Source: Patescibacteria group bacterium
GTDB taxonomy: Bacteria > Patescibacteriota > Patescibacteriia > UBA9570 > JAHJKD01
Reading direction: 5' to 3'
Length of the DNA stretch: 64,000 bases
Assembly: GCA_018822435.1 (NCBI GenBank)
Contig: JAHJKD010000049.1
Coordinates: forward strand, 6,511 to 70,510
Within the stretch, counting starts at the first letter, position 1, and the number at the start of each line of letters is the position of its first letter. This document shows, one piece after another, positions 1 to 8,426 of this stretch. A program made the position numbers and the translations under genes. The notes under the pieces are model-generated. The model did not search any database. It was not told the origin of the DNA and worked only from the letters and a program-made list of their open reading frames with translations.

Positions 1-146
1 CCATTGATAGTACAATACCAGCCAGTAAAGCCGGCTTCAAAGTCGCCGTTAACCATGATGTTCTTATTATAAGATGCTTGAGCAGTTGCTCCGCCTACTA
101 ATGCGCCCAAAGCGCAAAATAGCGAGATTATTAATAGTTTTTTCAT
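1..146 (-). CDS. Secreted protein, N-terminal part (runs off window start)
   Basis: ATG at 146 reads MKKLLIISLFCALGALVGGATAQASYNKNIMVNGDFEAGFTGW...; signal peptide followed by an NGDFE motif typical of CBM-like beta-sandwich domains. Confidence 0.6.
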   Translation of the reverse strand, partial: MKKLLIISLFCALGALVGGATAQASYNKNIMVNGDFEAGFTGWYCTIN

Positions 147-207
147 ATATTTTAGTTAAAAATATTCTATATTTTATTTTACTTGGTGGAATCAGTATTG
201 GCAAGAA

Positions 208-756
208 TTATAAGATAAACCAAGATTTAATGAAATAATAAATTCCTAATATATATTGAACATAATCTTTATATATTTTCTGTTCAAAACCGTCACAGGC
301 ATCATCAGCCCATAAACCAACTTTATCTAAATATGCCTGTTGTTCGTAATCAATAAAATCATCGTATAATTTATAATTCTCATCCGTATAAGCATAAGCA
401 TAGCCTTCTTTTATCAATAACTCATTTACAAAAACATCGTCCACATAAACATATCTTAATAAACGATTATATTTATCTCTATCCCCGGCTCCGGCATCAG
501 GTTCTAAAACTACATCTTTTCCTTCTAGTAAATCTTTTGTTCTTTGTGATGCTTCTTTACCGAAACACTCCTCATCACGATACGGATTCTGAACTTCAGG
601 CGTGTCTATTCCTAAAAACCTGACGCTTTCGATTGTCCCATCTATGTCAGCTTTAATTGTATCACCGTCGATTACTTCAACTACTTCATAAGCAAATAAG
701 GGCAGAGGGGCTGCCAAGAATACAAGCACAAATATTTTAAAGAAATATTTAGCCAA
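208..756 (-). CDS. Thermonuclease (SNase-like) family secreted nuclease
   Basis: VIDGDTI, VRFLGIDTPE, DKYNRLLRYV and G(Y)A motifs; signal peptide. Confidence 0.92.
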   Translation of the reverse strand: MAKYFFKIFVLVFLAAPLPLFAYEVVEVIDGDTIKADIDGTIESVRFLGIDTPEVQNPYRDEECFGKEASQRTKDLLEGKDVVLEPDAGAGDRDKYNRLLRYVYVDDVFVNELLIKEGYAYAYTDENYKLYDDFIDYEQQAYLDKVGLWADDACDGFEQKIYKDYVQYILGIYYFIKSWFIL

Positions 757-1231
757 GATAAGGATAATTAAGATACCAAAAGGCCAGATTCAGGAAAGAG
801 GCAAACGTGACCCAGACAATATACGGCACCATGAGCCAGCCGGCCGCTTTGTCTATCTTGAAGAAAAATATAGTAGTAATGATTATTAAACCGAGGAGGA
901 GTAGGATCTCAAGATATGCCAAACCTAGATTATGCCAGCCAAAGAAAATATGGCTCCAAAGAGCGTTGAAGTAGAGCTGGGTGAAGAAGAATATAATAGC
1001 CGCACCAAAACGATTGTCCTGCCTTTTTTCCCAGACCAGGAACAAGGCGATGCCCATAAGCGTGTAGAGGAGAACCCAGGCCGGGCCAAAGAGCCAGTTG
1101 GGCGGCGCAAAGACCGGTTCGATCAAAGTGTCGTACCAGGTGGCGATATTAGGATATGTGGCAATGGCGCCGATACCGCCGGCTACCTGACATATTAAAA
1201 TGGCGAGTAATGCTTGGCCAAATCTTTTCAT
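749..1231 (-). CDS. tspO: TspO/MBR tryptophan-rich sensory protein
   Basis: WY..L..P.F.PP.WLFGP.W..LY and PY..W..FA..LN motifs; 5 TM segments. Confidence 0.93.
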   Translation of the reverse strand: MKRFGQALLAILICQVAGGIGAIATYPNIATWYDTLIEPVFAPPNWLFGPAWVLLYTLMGIALFLVWEKRQDNRFGAAIIFFFTQLYFNALWSHIFFGWHNLGLAYLEILLLLGLIIITTIFFFKIDKAAGWLMVPYIVWVTFASFLNLAFWYLNYPYLG

Positions 1232-1249
1232 ATCTATTTTTATTAATTT

Positions 1250-1543
1250 TTATAGATTAATTATAGCAGATGGGACCAGGATTATAAAGACAACAAGGGC
1301 TTGGATTAGAATTATTATGGCTAAAAAAAATTGGAAAGATATTTTCTTAGTTTTATGTCTGAATAAAAACATGCTAAAAAGAGCCCCGATAGAACCCCCG
1401 ATCAGAGCTAAAATCCAAAGAAGACTTTCGGGAATGCGCCAAGACTTTGCTGATGCCATCCATTTATCAAACCAAAAAATAATAAATGCAATTAAATTTA
1501 TTATCCCTAAATATATTAATATGCCTAGTTGTAGGTTGGTCAT
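1250..1543 (-). CDS. DUF1294 family membrane protein
   Basis: DK..A....WRIPE..L...GG..GA...M..FRHKT.K..F signature. Confidence 0.9.
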   Translation of the reverse strand: MTNLQLGILIYLGIINLIAFIIFWFDKWMASAKSWRIPESLLWILALIGGSIGALFSMFLFRHKTKKISFQFFLAIIILIQALVVFIILVPSAIINL

Positions 1544-1544
1544 T

Positions 1545-1910
1545 TTATTTTAGAAAATTCTTGATATTTTCAGCAACTATTTTTGGGGGGTTTTCATTTT
1601 TAAACCAGTAATCGCGCAGGCCAATCATCATTCCTTTTTGCTTGTATTCGTCAATGGCCATGCTAGATAAGGCAAATATAGGCACGTCTTTAGTGCGGTC
1701 GTCTTCCAGAACACGCTGGCCCATTTCAAAGCCGTTCATTTCCGGCATCATTATATCAGTGAGGATAATATCAGGTTTTATTTCGAGAACCTTTTCAACC
1801 ACGTCTTTAGGCGGGTATTCAAAATGGATGACTTCAAAACCGGCTTTTTCTAAAGCGGTTTTATACATAGCATAAAATCTAGGAGTGTCTTCAAAATATA
1901 GGATTTTCAT
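1545..1910 (-). CDS. Single-domain response regulator (receiver only)
   Basis: FED acidic pocket, PDIILTDIMMPEMNG phosphoacceptor, conserved Lys (WFK). Confidence 0.9.
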   Translation of the reverse strand: MKILYFEDTPRFYAMYKTALEKAGFEVIHFEYPPKDVVEKVLEIKPDIILTDIMMPEMNGFEMGQRVLEDDRTKDVPIFALSSMAIDEYKQKGMMIGLRDYWFKNENPPKIVAENIKNFLK

Positions 1911-2057
1911 ATATGAATTCTACCAATTTTGCCCAAAGAAAGCCACCAACCAATTATAACCCCTCCATTGGCTGGTGGCTGGTGAAAGCCTCTGGCCAAG
2001 AATGGTAATTGGCAGTGGCTTTCCTTGTTTGTTGTTGACCCGTTTACGCTGTTTGTT

Positions 2058-2265
2058 TCAGAAGTCTCCGTCGTCATAGGCAGCTGTCCTCTTATCCACG
2101 TGGATCGTGGCCGGCTCCGGAGGCTTGGCCGGCTCGCCCGTGTCCGCCTGGACAGCGGACTGATCCTCCATCTTCTGGGGGGCGGCCTGCAAAGAGACGC
2201 GCCCGGGCGACGCAAGGCACCCCTGCGGCGAGTGCCAAAGAAATCAGGCAAATCAGTAATTTCAT
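2058..2265 (-). pseudogene. Small lipoprotein gene with an apparent +1 frameshift at the lipobox
   Basis: MKLLICLISLALAAG, then a G4 run (2220-2223); removing one G gives LAAG-C and a 68-aa GC3-rich ORF ending TGA at 2058. Confidence 0.45.
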
Positions 2266-2418
2266 GAGTTTTTTCCTTTCTTTTCTTTCCTCTGAGCCAA
2301 CAACACTTATAATTTCATATATTTAATGTTCTGTGCCAATTTTTAGGTTCCTCCATGCGAGGCGCGTTCCTTTGCTGACCGGCGGGTACAAGTAATATGA
2401 ATATTTACATATAAAAAC

Positions 2419-2447
2419 TTGACATTAAATATGATTATTACTAAGCT
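2419..2447 (+). promoter_or_regulatory. Sigma70 promoter TTGACA-N17-TAAGCT
   Basis: Exact -35, 17-nt spacer; AGGAGG ahead of the ATG at 2489. Confidence 0.6.
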
Positions 2448-2488
2448 ATGTCGGAAAACTTAAAGCCCTTTAAGGAGGAAAACGGGAA

Positions 2489-2869
2489 ATGAAGAGAAGG
2501 TATTACGTATTGTTTGAGAATGAAGATGCGCGGGAACAAAAGGAATTGTTCATCAGCCGGCAGGAAGCGGCGGCAATCAAGTCCCTGGCCGTCCTGATGG
2601 ACAACCCGGCTTTCAACGGGGATGCGGAGGGCGTATTCGCCTACCTGTGCGGGTTTGTCTGGTTCCGCAAGTTCCATGGCCTGAAACCAGGCGAGGCCGT
2701 CCGGTTCCGCACGGGCCAGTCTGCCTACCACCCCCGGGAGGAGAACCAGGACGACGACATCATCCATGTCTGGACGCAGGAGTACTTCCTGGCCGGAAAC
2801 CGATGGATGCTGAGCCTGCTCATCAAGATCGAAGACGACGAGGACGTCGACGTAGTGGTGCAGGAGTAG
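2489..2869 (+). CDS. Hypothetical protein (GC-rich orphan)
   Basis: 126-aa ORF with high GC3 and its own promoter, SD and terminator. Confidence 0.7.
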   Translation: MKRRYYVLFENEDAREQKELFISRQEAAAIKSLAVLMDNPAFNGDAEGVFAYLCGFVWFRKFHGLKPGEAVRFRTGQSAYHPREENQDDDIIHVWTQEYFLAGNRWMLSLLIKIEDDEDVDVVVQE

Positions 2870-2888
2870 GCCGGCATGGCCGGTAAAA

Positions 2889-2929
2889 GGCCCTGGATAG
2901 CAAGAAGCTGTCCAGGGCCAAATTTTTTT
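2889..2929 (+). terminator. Intrinsic terminator
   Basis: ggccctggatagc/gctgtccagggcc hairpin followed by a T-run. Confidence 0.75.
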
Positions 2930-3042
2930 CTAAAAAATACAATAAATTGTCAATTGAAAAAGCCTTGACAAATTTATACTTACAGTGTAACTTGGCGAAG
3001 ATTCTAAGGCCAATTTTTTAACCAACAAGGAGGGCACGAAAC

Positions 3043-3435
3043 ATGGCTGATTGGATTCTGAAGCACGTGATGGGCGAGAGCGAAGAGCAGAAACGATGGG
3101 AGATGGAGATGGCCGAGGACCTGGGCCTGGCTCTCCTGCACTTCGACTACACGGGCATGACCAAGGACAACGGCTCCCTGGTGTGGCGTTTCCTGCAGGA
3201 CTTCCCCCAGTTCTGCCAGGCCAATGGCGTCACCAGGATGGGCCGCCCCAAAGTCAAGTTCATCGACTGCCACAAGGTACCCAGGGATCAGCTTGAAGAT
3301 TCCCAGGGCGTGGTCTGGTACCTGGAAATCACGGTGAACGACAACCCGCAGCGGATGGAGATTACCCGCGTCGATCCGGACGCGCGGCAGGTACACCTGC
3401 CCGTGCATCACGATCTGGCCTGGTCGCCCACATAG
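3043..3435 (+). CDS. Hypothetical protein (GC-rich orphan)
   Basis: 130-aa ORF; AGGAGG SD; TTGACA at 2965-2970; downstream terminator. Confidence 0.7.
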   Translation: MADWILKHVMGESEEQKRWEMEMAEDLGLALLHFDYTGMTKDNGSLVWRFLQDFPQFCQANGVTRMGRPKVKFIDCHKVPRDQLEDSQGVVWYLEITVNDNPQRMEITRVDPDARQVHLPVHHDLAWSPT

Positions 3436-3439
3436 GAGG

Positions 3440-3487
3440 AGCAAAACCCCCCGACTTAGCAATGCTAAGCCGGGGGTGCTCTTTTTT
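3440..3487 (+). terminator. Intrinsic terminator
   Basis: cccccgacttagc-aat-gctaagccggggg hairpin plus T6. Confidence 0.75.
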
Positions 3488-3499
3488 AATAGGTTTTTT

Positions 3500-4264
3500 T
3501 TACTTTGATTCTAAATTTTTAATCTCTTCTTTAAGTTCAATAATCTTCTTTTCCCGGCCCACCATGAGTTTGTTCATCTTATCGGATTGTTCTTTTTTGG
3601 CTTCCAACTCTTGCATTACAATTTCGCGCTGCTTCGCCTCTTTCTTTAACTCTATATTGGCTTTCTCTAAATCAGAAGTTGCATGACGAATATCTCCGGC
3701 CTGGCTTTCAATAAGCCTGGACCGGGCTTCTTGGCCCCGCGCATAAATAAGAACCACCAAAGATATAATGGCCATGCTTATTACAGTAAGCCAGGTTTCA
3801 TATGGTATATACGGCATATCAATGACTCGTATTGACTGAAGTATGGCTGCGGTAATCATAAAAGCGAATAATGCAAGGGTCCAATAAACGCCTTTTCTAT
3901 AACCCATTAATAAGAAAATTGCCGGGGGATATAAATAAATCCACAAGTTTCCCGTAGCAAAAAATCCGCCGGTCCCAAAATTATGAATAGACATTGCAGT
4001 AATCACAAAAGCTCCAATTTGAAAAGAAATCTCCATTTTTTTTGTAACCCGTAATATTATTAAGGCAGTCAGTAAAAGTATTATAAATGTAATTTCTAAG
4101 AAAGCTGGGTAATAATCTTTTATTTGCAGGTTTACAATGACATAATATGTGAAAATAATAATACCGAGAAAAGCGACGATATGAAAAAACCGAATACGGG
4201 AATAATTAATATCCGTACGTTTGAGCTCTATGCCAGATTGTAATATATTATCAATCCATTTCAT
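3500..4264 (-). CDS. Multi-TM membrane sensor with C-terminal coiled-coil 'GRE' tail and no output domain
   Basis: About 6 TM helices, then a coiled coil ending MNKLMVGREKKIIELKEEI; start set at 4264 (TG-t-TATAAT 7 nt upstream). Confidence 0.75.
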   Translation of the reverse strand: MKWIDNILQSGIELKRTDINYSRIRFFHIVAFLGIIIFTYYVIVNLQIKDYYPAFLEITFIILLLTALIILRVTKKMEISFQIGAFVITAMSIHNFGTGGFFATGNLWIYLYPPAIFLLMGYRKGVYWTLALFAFMITAAILQSIRVIDMPYIPYETWLTVISMAIISLVVLIYARGQEARSRLIESQAGDIRHATSDLEKANIELKKEAKQREIVMQELEAKKEQSDKMNKLMVGREKKIIELKEEIKNLESK

Positions 4265-4329
4265 GTTAATCATTATAACAAAAAACAAGGCACTTGTATA
4301 AGCGCCCTGTTTTTATTTACACTGTTTAA

Positions 4330-4791
4330 TTATTTCATAAAACCTTTGCCCATGCCTTTGCCCATGCCGGGTCCGTGGCCCATGCCCATGCCGTCAGGCA
4401 GTCCCAGTTCCTCGCGGATTTCCTGGGCGCCATCGAAATCGCCTTCTTGCATAAGTTTATGCATTTCAGCGAAGCGGTCAAAATTGCCTTCATTCACATA
4501 ATCCGTGATTTGAGGGCGGGAATCGATGATCTCTTTCCATTTGGCGTAATCGCCATCAGTCAGAGCGTTTTCCATCTCATCCTTTTGCGCCTGCATTTCT
4601 TCGCGATGCTGGCCCATTTCGGCCTGTACTTCCTGCTTTTGCTCGTCAGTAAGCTTGTCCCATACTGACGAGATGCCAGGGCCGGCCGCTTTGGTGGCGG
4701 CTGTGGCCGTCATCAGGCCGACAACGCCGACCGCGGCGACCGCGGCGACTAAGGAAAATGCGGTCAGGCTTTTTTTAACCTTTTGCTTCAT
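4330..4791 (-). CDS. Secreted helical protein with GMG-repeat tail (Spy/CpxP-like character), probable ECF target
   Basis: Signal peptide, LTDEQKQ motif, Met/Gly-rich C-terminus. Confidence 0.65.
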   Translation of the reverse strand: MKQKVKKSLTAFSLVAAVAAVGVVGLMTATAATKAAGPGISSVWDKLTDEQKQEVQAEMGQHREEMQAQKDEMENALTDGDYAKWKEIIDSRPQITDYVNEGNFDRFAEMHKLMQEGDFDGAQEIREELGLPDGMGMGHGPGMGKGMGKGFMK

Positions 4792-4832
4792 AAATAAATT
4801 ATTTAATTATTAAGATGACTTGGCCAGTCACT

Positions 4833-5612
4833 TTAATAATACGAGGGTTGATATTCTTTTATTTCAATATTTAATTTTTTACCTCTTGGATTAGGTTGTT
4901 CAGGATGGAAAGGTTTGTTCTTTCCTTTATCCCAAGGCCTGATGCCAAAGGCTTCTATCTCGTCTTCATCAATCCTTTCGCCAATAACCCTTATTTTTCC
5001 GCCTTGTAATAATTCTAATTCAGGTGGAACCATTGTTTCTCTAGAAAACATTACTTCCCACTCATCTCCGTTCCAATCAATTAAAATCAGGCTATCAGAC
5101 GATACGCTACCGATAATACCGGCAATTGTGCCGGCGTCAGGCTGCATCCAGATCATATGCGGGACAGGGACAACACGATGGTAGCCAGGCAAATGCTGCT
5201 CTAATTTATTCTCAATATATTGTGTCAGGCCAGTATAATAAAATAAAGCCGCCAATAATATTGTGCCAATCAAGATGACTATAACAATAAAATGCCATTT
5301 AATTTTATAGCCTTGCTTAGTTTTTCTGAATTCAACAAATGCCAGGATGGCCAGAGCCAGAGATAATATCAGCCAGAAATAAGGCAAAGCCCTCAGCATA
5401 TTGAGTACCCGTCCCGGCATAGCCATAAATAAACGAAAATCCTGCTGAACGGTAATTTCCCAACTTAGAGCAATAGCTAAAGCAATTATTGGAATACCAA
5501 TTATAAGAAGAGACCATAATAAAACTTCGCTAAAAGTATACCGCCATTTTGGCCTAGGCTTAATGTCGTTTTTCTTGATTTGTTCGTTGATCTTGTCTGA
5601 TATATTGGTCAT
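4833..5612 (-). CDS. Membrane protein, putative anti-sigma factor with C-terminal OB-like domain
   Basis: 3 TM segments plus an extracellular beta domain; overlaps the ECF sigma stop by 4 nt. Confidence 0.65.
   Translation of the reverse strand: MTNISDKINEQIKKNDIKPRPKWRYTFSEVLLWSLLIIGIPIIALAIALSWEITVQQDFRLFMAMPGRVLNMLRALPYFWLILSLALAILAFVEFRKTKQGYKIKWHFIVIVILIGTILLAALFYYTGLTQYIENKLEQHLPGYHRVVPVPHMIWMQPDAGTIAGIIGSVSSDSLILIDWNGDEWEVMFSRETMVPPELELLQGGKIRVIGERIDEDEIEAFGIRPWDKGKNKPFHPEQPNPRGKKLNIEIKEYQPSYY
4838..4866 (-). promoter_or_regulatory. Putative ECF promoter TGAAAT-N17-CGTATT
   Basis: Same hexamers and spacing as the motif upstream of the ECF sigma gene. Confidence 0.65.
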
Positions 5613-6178
5613 AAGTTTGTTCCCTCCATTTCCTTTTTCAATTGTTTCTTGGCCCGGTTGATTAATGTTCCGACTGTATTTACTGGTTTTTTTATAATGT
5701 CTGAGATTTCTTCATATGAGTATTCATTGAGATATTTAAGCTGCAGGACTTCCCTATATTTGAAATCCAGCTTATTTATTGCCTGCTGGACTTCCTCTTT
5801 AAGAGCTTTTTCATCCAGTTTTTCTTTTATGTCAAAATCATCTTTCAAAAGATAAGCAATTTCATCATCCTCCAGATCTGGCATGCCCATTTCTTTCTTG
5901 TGCTTGCGCCAATAAGAGATAGTTTCATTGTGAGCAATAGAAAATAACCAGGAGGAAAATTTCCGCTTCTGGTCAAAGGCATTGAGGTTTTGGTAGGCTT
6001 TGAGGAATATTTCCTGGGCAATGTCTTCCGCTTCTTCGCGGCGGACACCGGAAATCCGAACTATATAGTTGATTATTTTGCTTTCGTATTTTTTTACCAA
6101 ATCAGTGTATATAGCCGGGTTTTCCAGAGTCATCTGAACCAAAACAATATCCTCATTTGAGCCTTCTTTTTCAGGCAT
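5609..6178 (-). CDS. ECF RNA polymerase sigma factor (SigW-like)
   Basis: EAEDIAQEIFLKAY...FSSWLFSIAHN (region 2); YSYEEISDI..KPVNTVGTLINRAK (region 4). Confidence 0.93.
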   Translation of the reverse strand: MPEKEGSNEDIVLVQMTLENPAIYTDLVKKYESKIINYIVRISGVRREEAEDIAQEIFLKAYQNLNAFDQKRKFSSWLFSIAHNETISYWRKHKKEMGMPDLEDDEIAYLLKDDFDIKEKLDEKALKEEVQQAINKLDFKYREVLQLKYLNEYSYEEISDIIKKPVNTVGTLINRAKKQLKKEMEGTNL

Positions 6179-6187
6179 ACTCTAATT

Positions 6188-6216
6188 AATACGCATAATT
6201 TATGTATAATATTTCA
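6188..6216 (-). promoter_or_regulatory. Putative autoregulatory ECF promoter TGAAAT-N17-CGTATT
   Basis: Resembles the SigW consensus TGAAAC-N16-CGTA; lies just upstream of the sigma ATG. Confidence 0.65.
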
Positions 6217-6236
6217 AATGGTAGCTAGCGTCAATA

Positions 6237-6275
6237 GAACCGCAGATTACGCTGATTTGGCAGATTTCACAGATT
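6237..6275. repeat. Left repeat flank of the GxxExxY gene
   Basis: gaaccgcagattacgctgat followed by further (g)cagatt units; inverted relative to 6678-6739. Confidence 0.7.
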
Positions 6276-6656
6276 TTTTCTTTTAGAATTTATTAATCTT
6301 TTAAATTGGAGGCTGCGAGTGCCGAAATTTAGTAATAAGCCAATTTCCATATTAAAGGCCTCAAGATAATTGATTGCCTGGGCATAATGGACTTTTTCCA
6401 ATTCTGAAACTGCCTTTAATTCGACCAAAACTTTCCCTTCCACCATCATATCAACTCTTCTACGGCCCATCATGATGCCATCGTAAAAAATAGGCATCTC
6501 TTTTTCACGAATATGGCTAATATTATTTTTCTGGAACTCTCGAGCCAAACATCTTTGATAAATTGATTCTTGGTATCCACTACCAAGACTACTATGCACA
6601 TTCATAGCACAACCAATAATTTTACCAGTTAAATCTTTATATTTATATTTTTCCAT
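6267..6656 (-). CDS. GxxExxY protein (PD-(D/E)XK nuclease superfamily)
   Basis: LGSGYQESIY, RVDMMVE.KVLVELKA, QAINYL, GLLLNFG motifs. Confidence 0.93.
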   Translation of the reverse strand: MEKYKYKDLTGKIIGCAMNVHSSLGSGYQESIYQRCLAREFQKNNISHIREKEMPIFYDGIMMGRRRVDMMVEGKVLVELKAVSELEKVHYAQAINYLEAFNMEIGLLLNFGTRSLQFKRLINSKRKNL

Positions 6657-6677
6657 TTTTTATTATTTAAAAAAATA

Positions 6678-6739
6678 AATCTGCGTAATCTATGGTTCCA
6701 TCTGCGAAATCATTCCAATCTGCGTAATCTATGGTTCCA
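6678..6739. repeat. Two perfect 23-bp direct repeats, right flank of the GxxExxY gene
   Basis: aatctgcgtaatctatggttcca at 6678-6700 and 6717-6739. Confidence 0.85.
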
Positions 6740-6791
6740 AACCACAAAAAAACAGAGGCGCCGAGCCTCTATTTCCTGATTTGATATTAAA

Positions 6792-8249
6792 TTATTTACT
6801 TTGTGATGTCAACCATTTATATAAGTATTCGGTGGCCCGGACATCATCTTCGTTGTAATTGATAATATCCTGCAAGACTTGCTTGTCCCCTGTTTCCAGC
6901 CATTTCTCATACCAGAAAATTGACTGGGCACCGCCGGCCTTGGGATGGCGCCATTTGAAGTCTAAAAATTTTGACTTGGCAATATCTTTAACAGAATAAA
7001 AATACAAAGGAAAAATTACACTGTCTAAAACAATTTCATATAAATCTACCAGACGTGAATGAAATTTTTCAAAAGCGTCATTACGGCCGTATTCGTCAGC
7101 CATTTTTCTGGTGCGGATTTTTTCATACGGGGCATAATGATAAACCAGATAATCTTCGGGCAAAGTTTCCAGCCAGTCAATAAAATCTTCCCACATGGCT
7201 TTTTCATCTTCTGGTTTTTCCGCCAGGAAATAAATAAAATATTTTTCTTCTTTTCCATCGGGCACAACATTGGCATGTTCGTATAATAATTCCATTTTAG
7301 GATCGCCGGAAACCCAAAAACCGAACATATATTCCACCTGCAACAACGGATCGCCTTCTATATCAAAAAATAATTTTAATTTTGCGTCTGGAATTTTTGG
7401 ATTTTTCAACCATTTAAGATCGCCGTCCTGCAAGGCTTGGGCTTGTATCTTTGCGCGCTCTAATATTTTTCGGCTGGCATGCGGTATCTTGGGTAGTGAG
7501 CCGACATCCATTTTTGCTGCCTGCTCAACTGTTTTTATCCCTAGCTCTCTTAGTTTTTCGTGAGCGCGAGAATCAAGTTTGTATATTAAGGCAATGTCGT
7601 TTTCTTTTTCCGCGTCTTTGACGCATTTATCAAACCAGGGGGAATTTTTATAGGTGCTGGTTAATTTTAACGGCGGTTTTTTGCCTCTGATTATTTCAAG
7701 TATTTCCTCTATTTGGGCTTTTGTTTTTATAATAAGGCTTTTTGTGATCTTAACCTCTTTTTGAATACCATCTTTATTGATAATAGCGGCAGTGGCAGGC
7801 AGCTTGCCCTGAACTTTCTCCAAAATCAGAGAATACAGAACAAGCTGTTGGCGCTGTTCTTTTTTTATGTCTTTTGATGATTTAATATCTATGGCAATAT
7901 ATCCGCCATCTTCCCGCTTTAAGAAATCGGGCCGGCCGCGATAAATAATGCCCTTTTCTTCATACTGGATTTCACCCTGATAGATCAGGTCAGCGCCTTC
8001 TTGCATCAGCTTTTTTGTGTGCTGGAAGGCAGGCAAAGGTGAAGTTTCTTTCACTTCTCTAAATTTTAAATTTTTTACATATTCTTCTTCATACAACACA
8101 CCCTGCTCAAGAAGCTTTTCCATGAGTTCAGGCATTTCACCTTTTTCTTTTTTTTCAGTGTAGATATCGTGCCAGAGCCAATGAGGAGCCGTGCCGTATT
8201 TAAAAAATAGCTGAGGAGTAAAAATAATTTTTTTTGTCTGAATTTTCAT
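6792..8249 (-). CDS. TM0106-family RecB-like nuclease with RNase_H_2 domain
   Basis: GRPDFL..IDIKSS..QLVLY; FFDIEGDP, YHYAPYEK, YS.K.IA, YNEDDVRAT; start set at MKIQ. Confidence 0.88.
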   Translation of the reverse strand: MKIQTKKIIFTPQLFFKYGTAPHWLWHDIYTEKKEKGEMPELMEKLLEQGVLYEEEYVKNLKFREVKETSPLPAFQHTKKLMQEGADLIYQGEIQYEEKGIIYRGRPDFLKREDGGYIAIDIKSSKDIKKEQRQQLVLYSLILEKVQGKLPATAAIINKDGIQKEVKITKSLIIKTKAQIEEILEIIRGKKPPLKLTSTYKNSPWFDKCVKDAEKENDIALIYKLDSRAHEKLRELGIKTVEQAAKMDVGSLPKIPHASRKILERAKIQAQALQDGDLKWLKNPKIPDAKLKLFFDIEGDPLLQVEYMFGFWVSGDPKMELLYEHANVVPDGKEEKYFIYFLAEKPEDEKAMWEDFIDWLETLPEDYLVYHYAPYEKIRTRKMADEYGRNDAFEKFHSRLVDLYEIVLDSVIFPLYFYSVKDIAKSKFLDFKWRHPKAGGAQSIFWYEKWLETGDKQVLQDIINYNEDDVRATEYLYKWLTSQSK

Positions 8250-8426
8250 ATTTTTATTATAACACATTTAAGTCATTGACTTTTTTGGGTTTCGGAGTAT
8301 GATAGGAAGGCTTTATACAGACCCTGGCCGACCGAAAAATAATGGCCGAACCAAAGGAAGCTGGCTGAAAACGCCGGCAATATAAGGCTTATTTAAACAA
8401 ATGAGTCTTTTTTAGATGCCAAAATT

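Noticed and set aside
1907-2267. ORF-track 114-aa (-) and 80-aa (+) ORFs
   Set aside because: Arg/Pro-rich alternate-frame translations; better explained by the frameshifted lipoprotein at 2058-2265.
6678-6739. 23-bp direct repeats as a mini CRISPR array
   Set aside because: Only two copies with a 16-nt spacer that itself resembles the repeat; no cas genes nearby.
8341-8380. SRP RNA (because of aggaagc)
   Set aside because: Lacks the CAGG...GNRA-loop domain IV hairpin; kept only as an unclassified structured leader.
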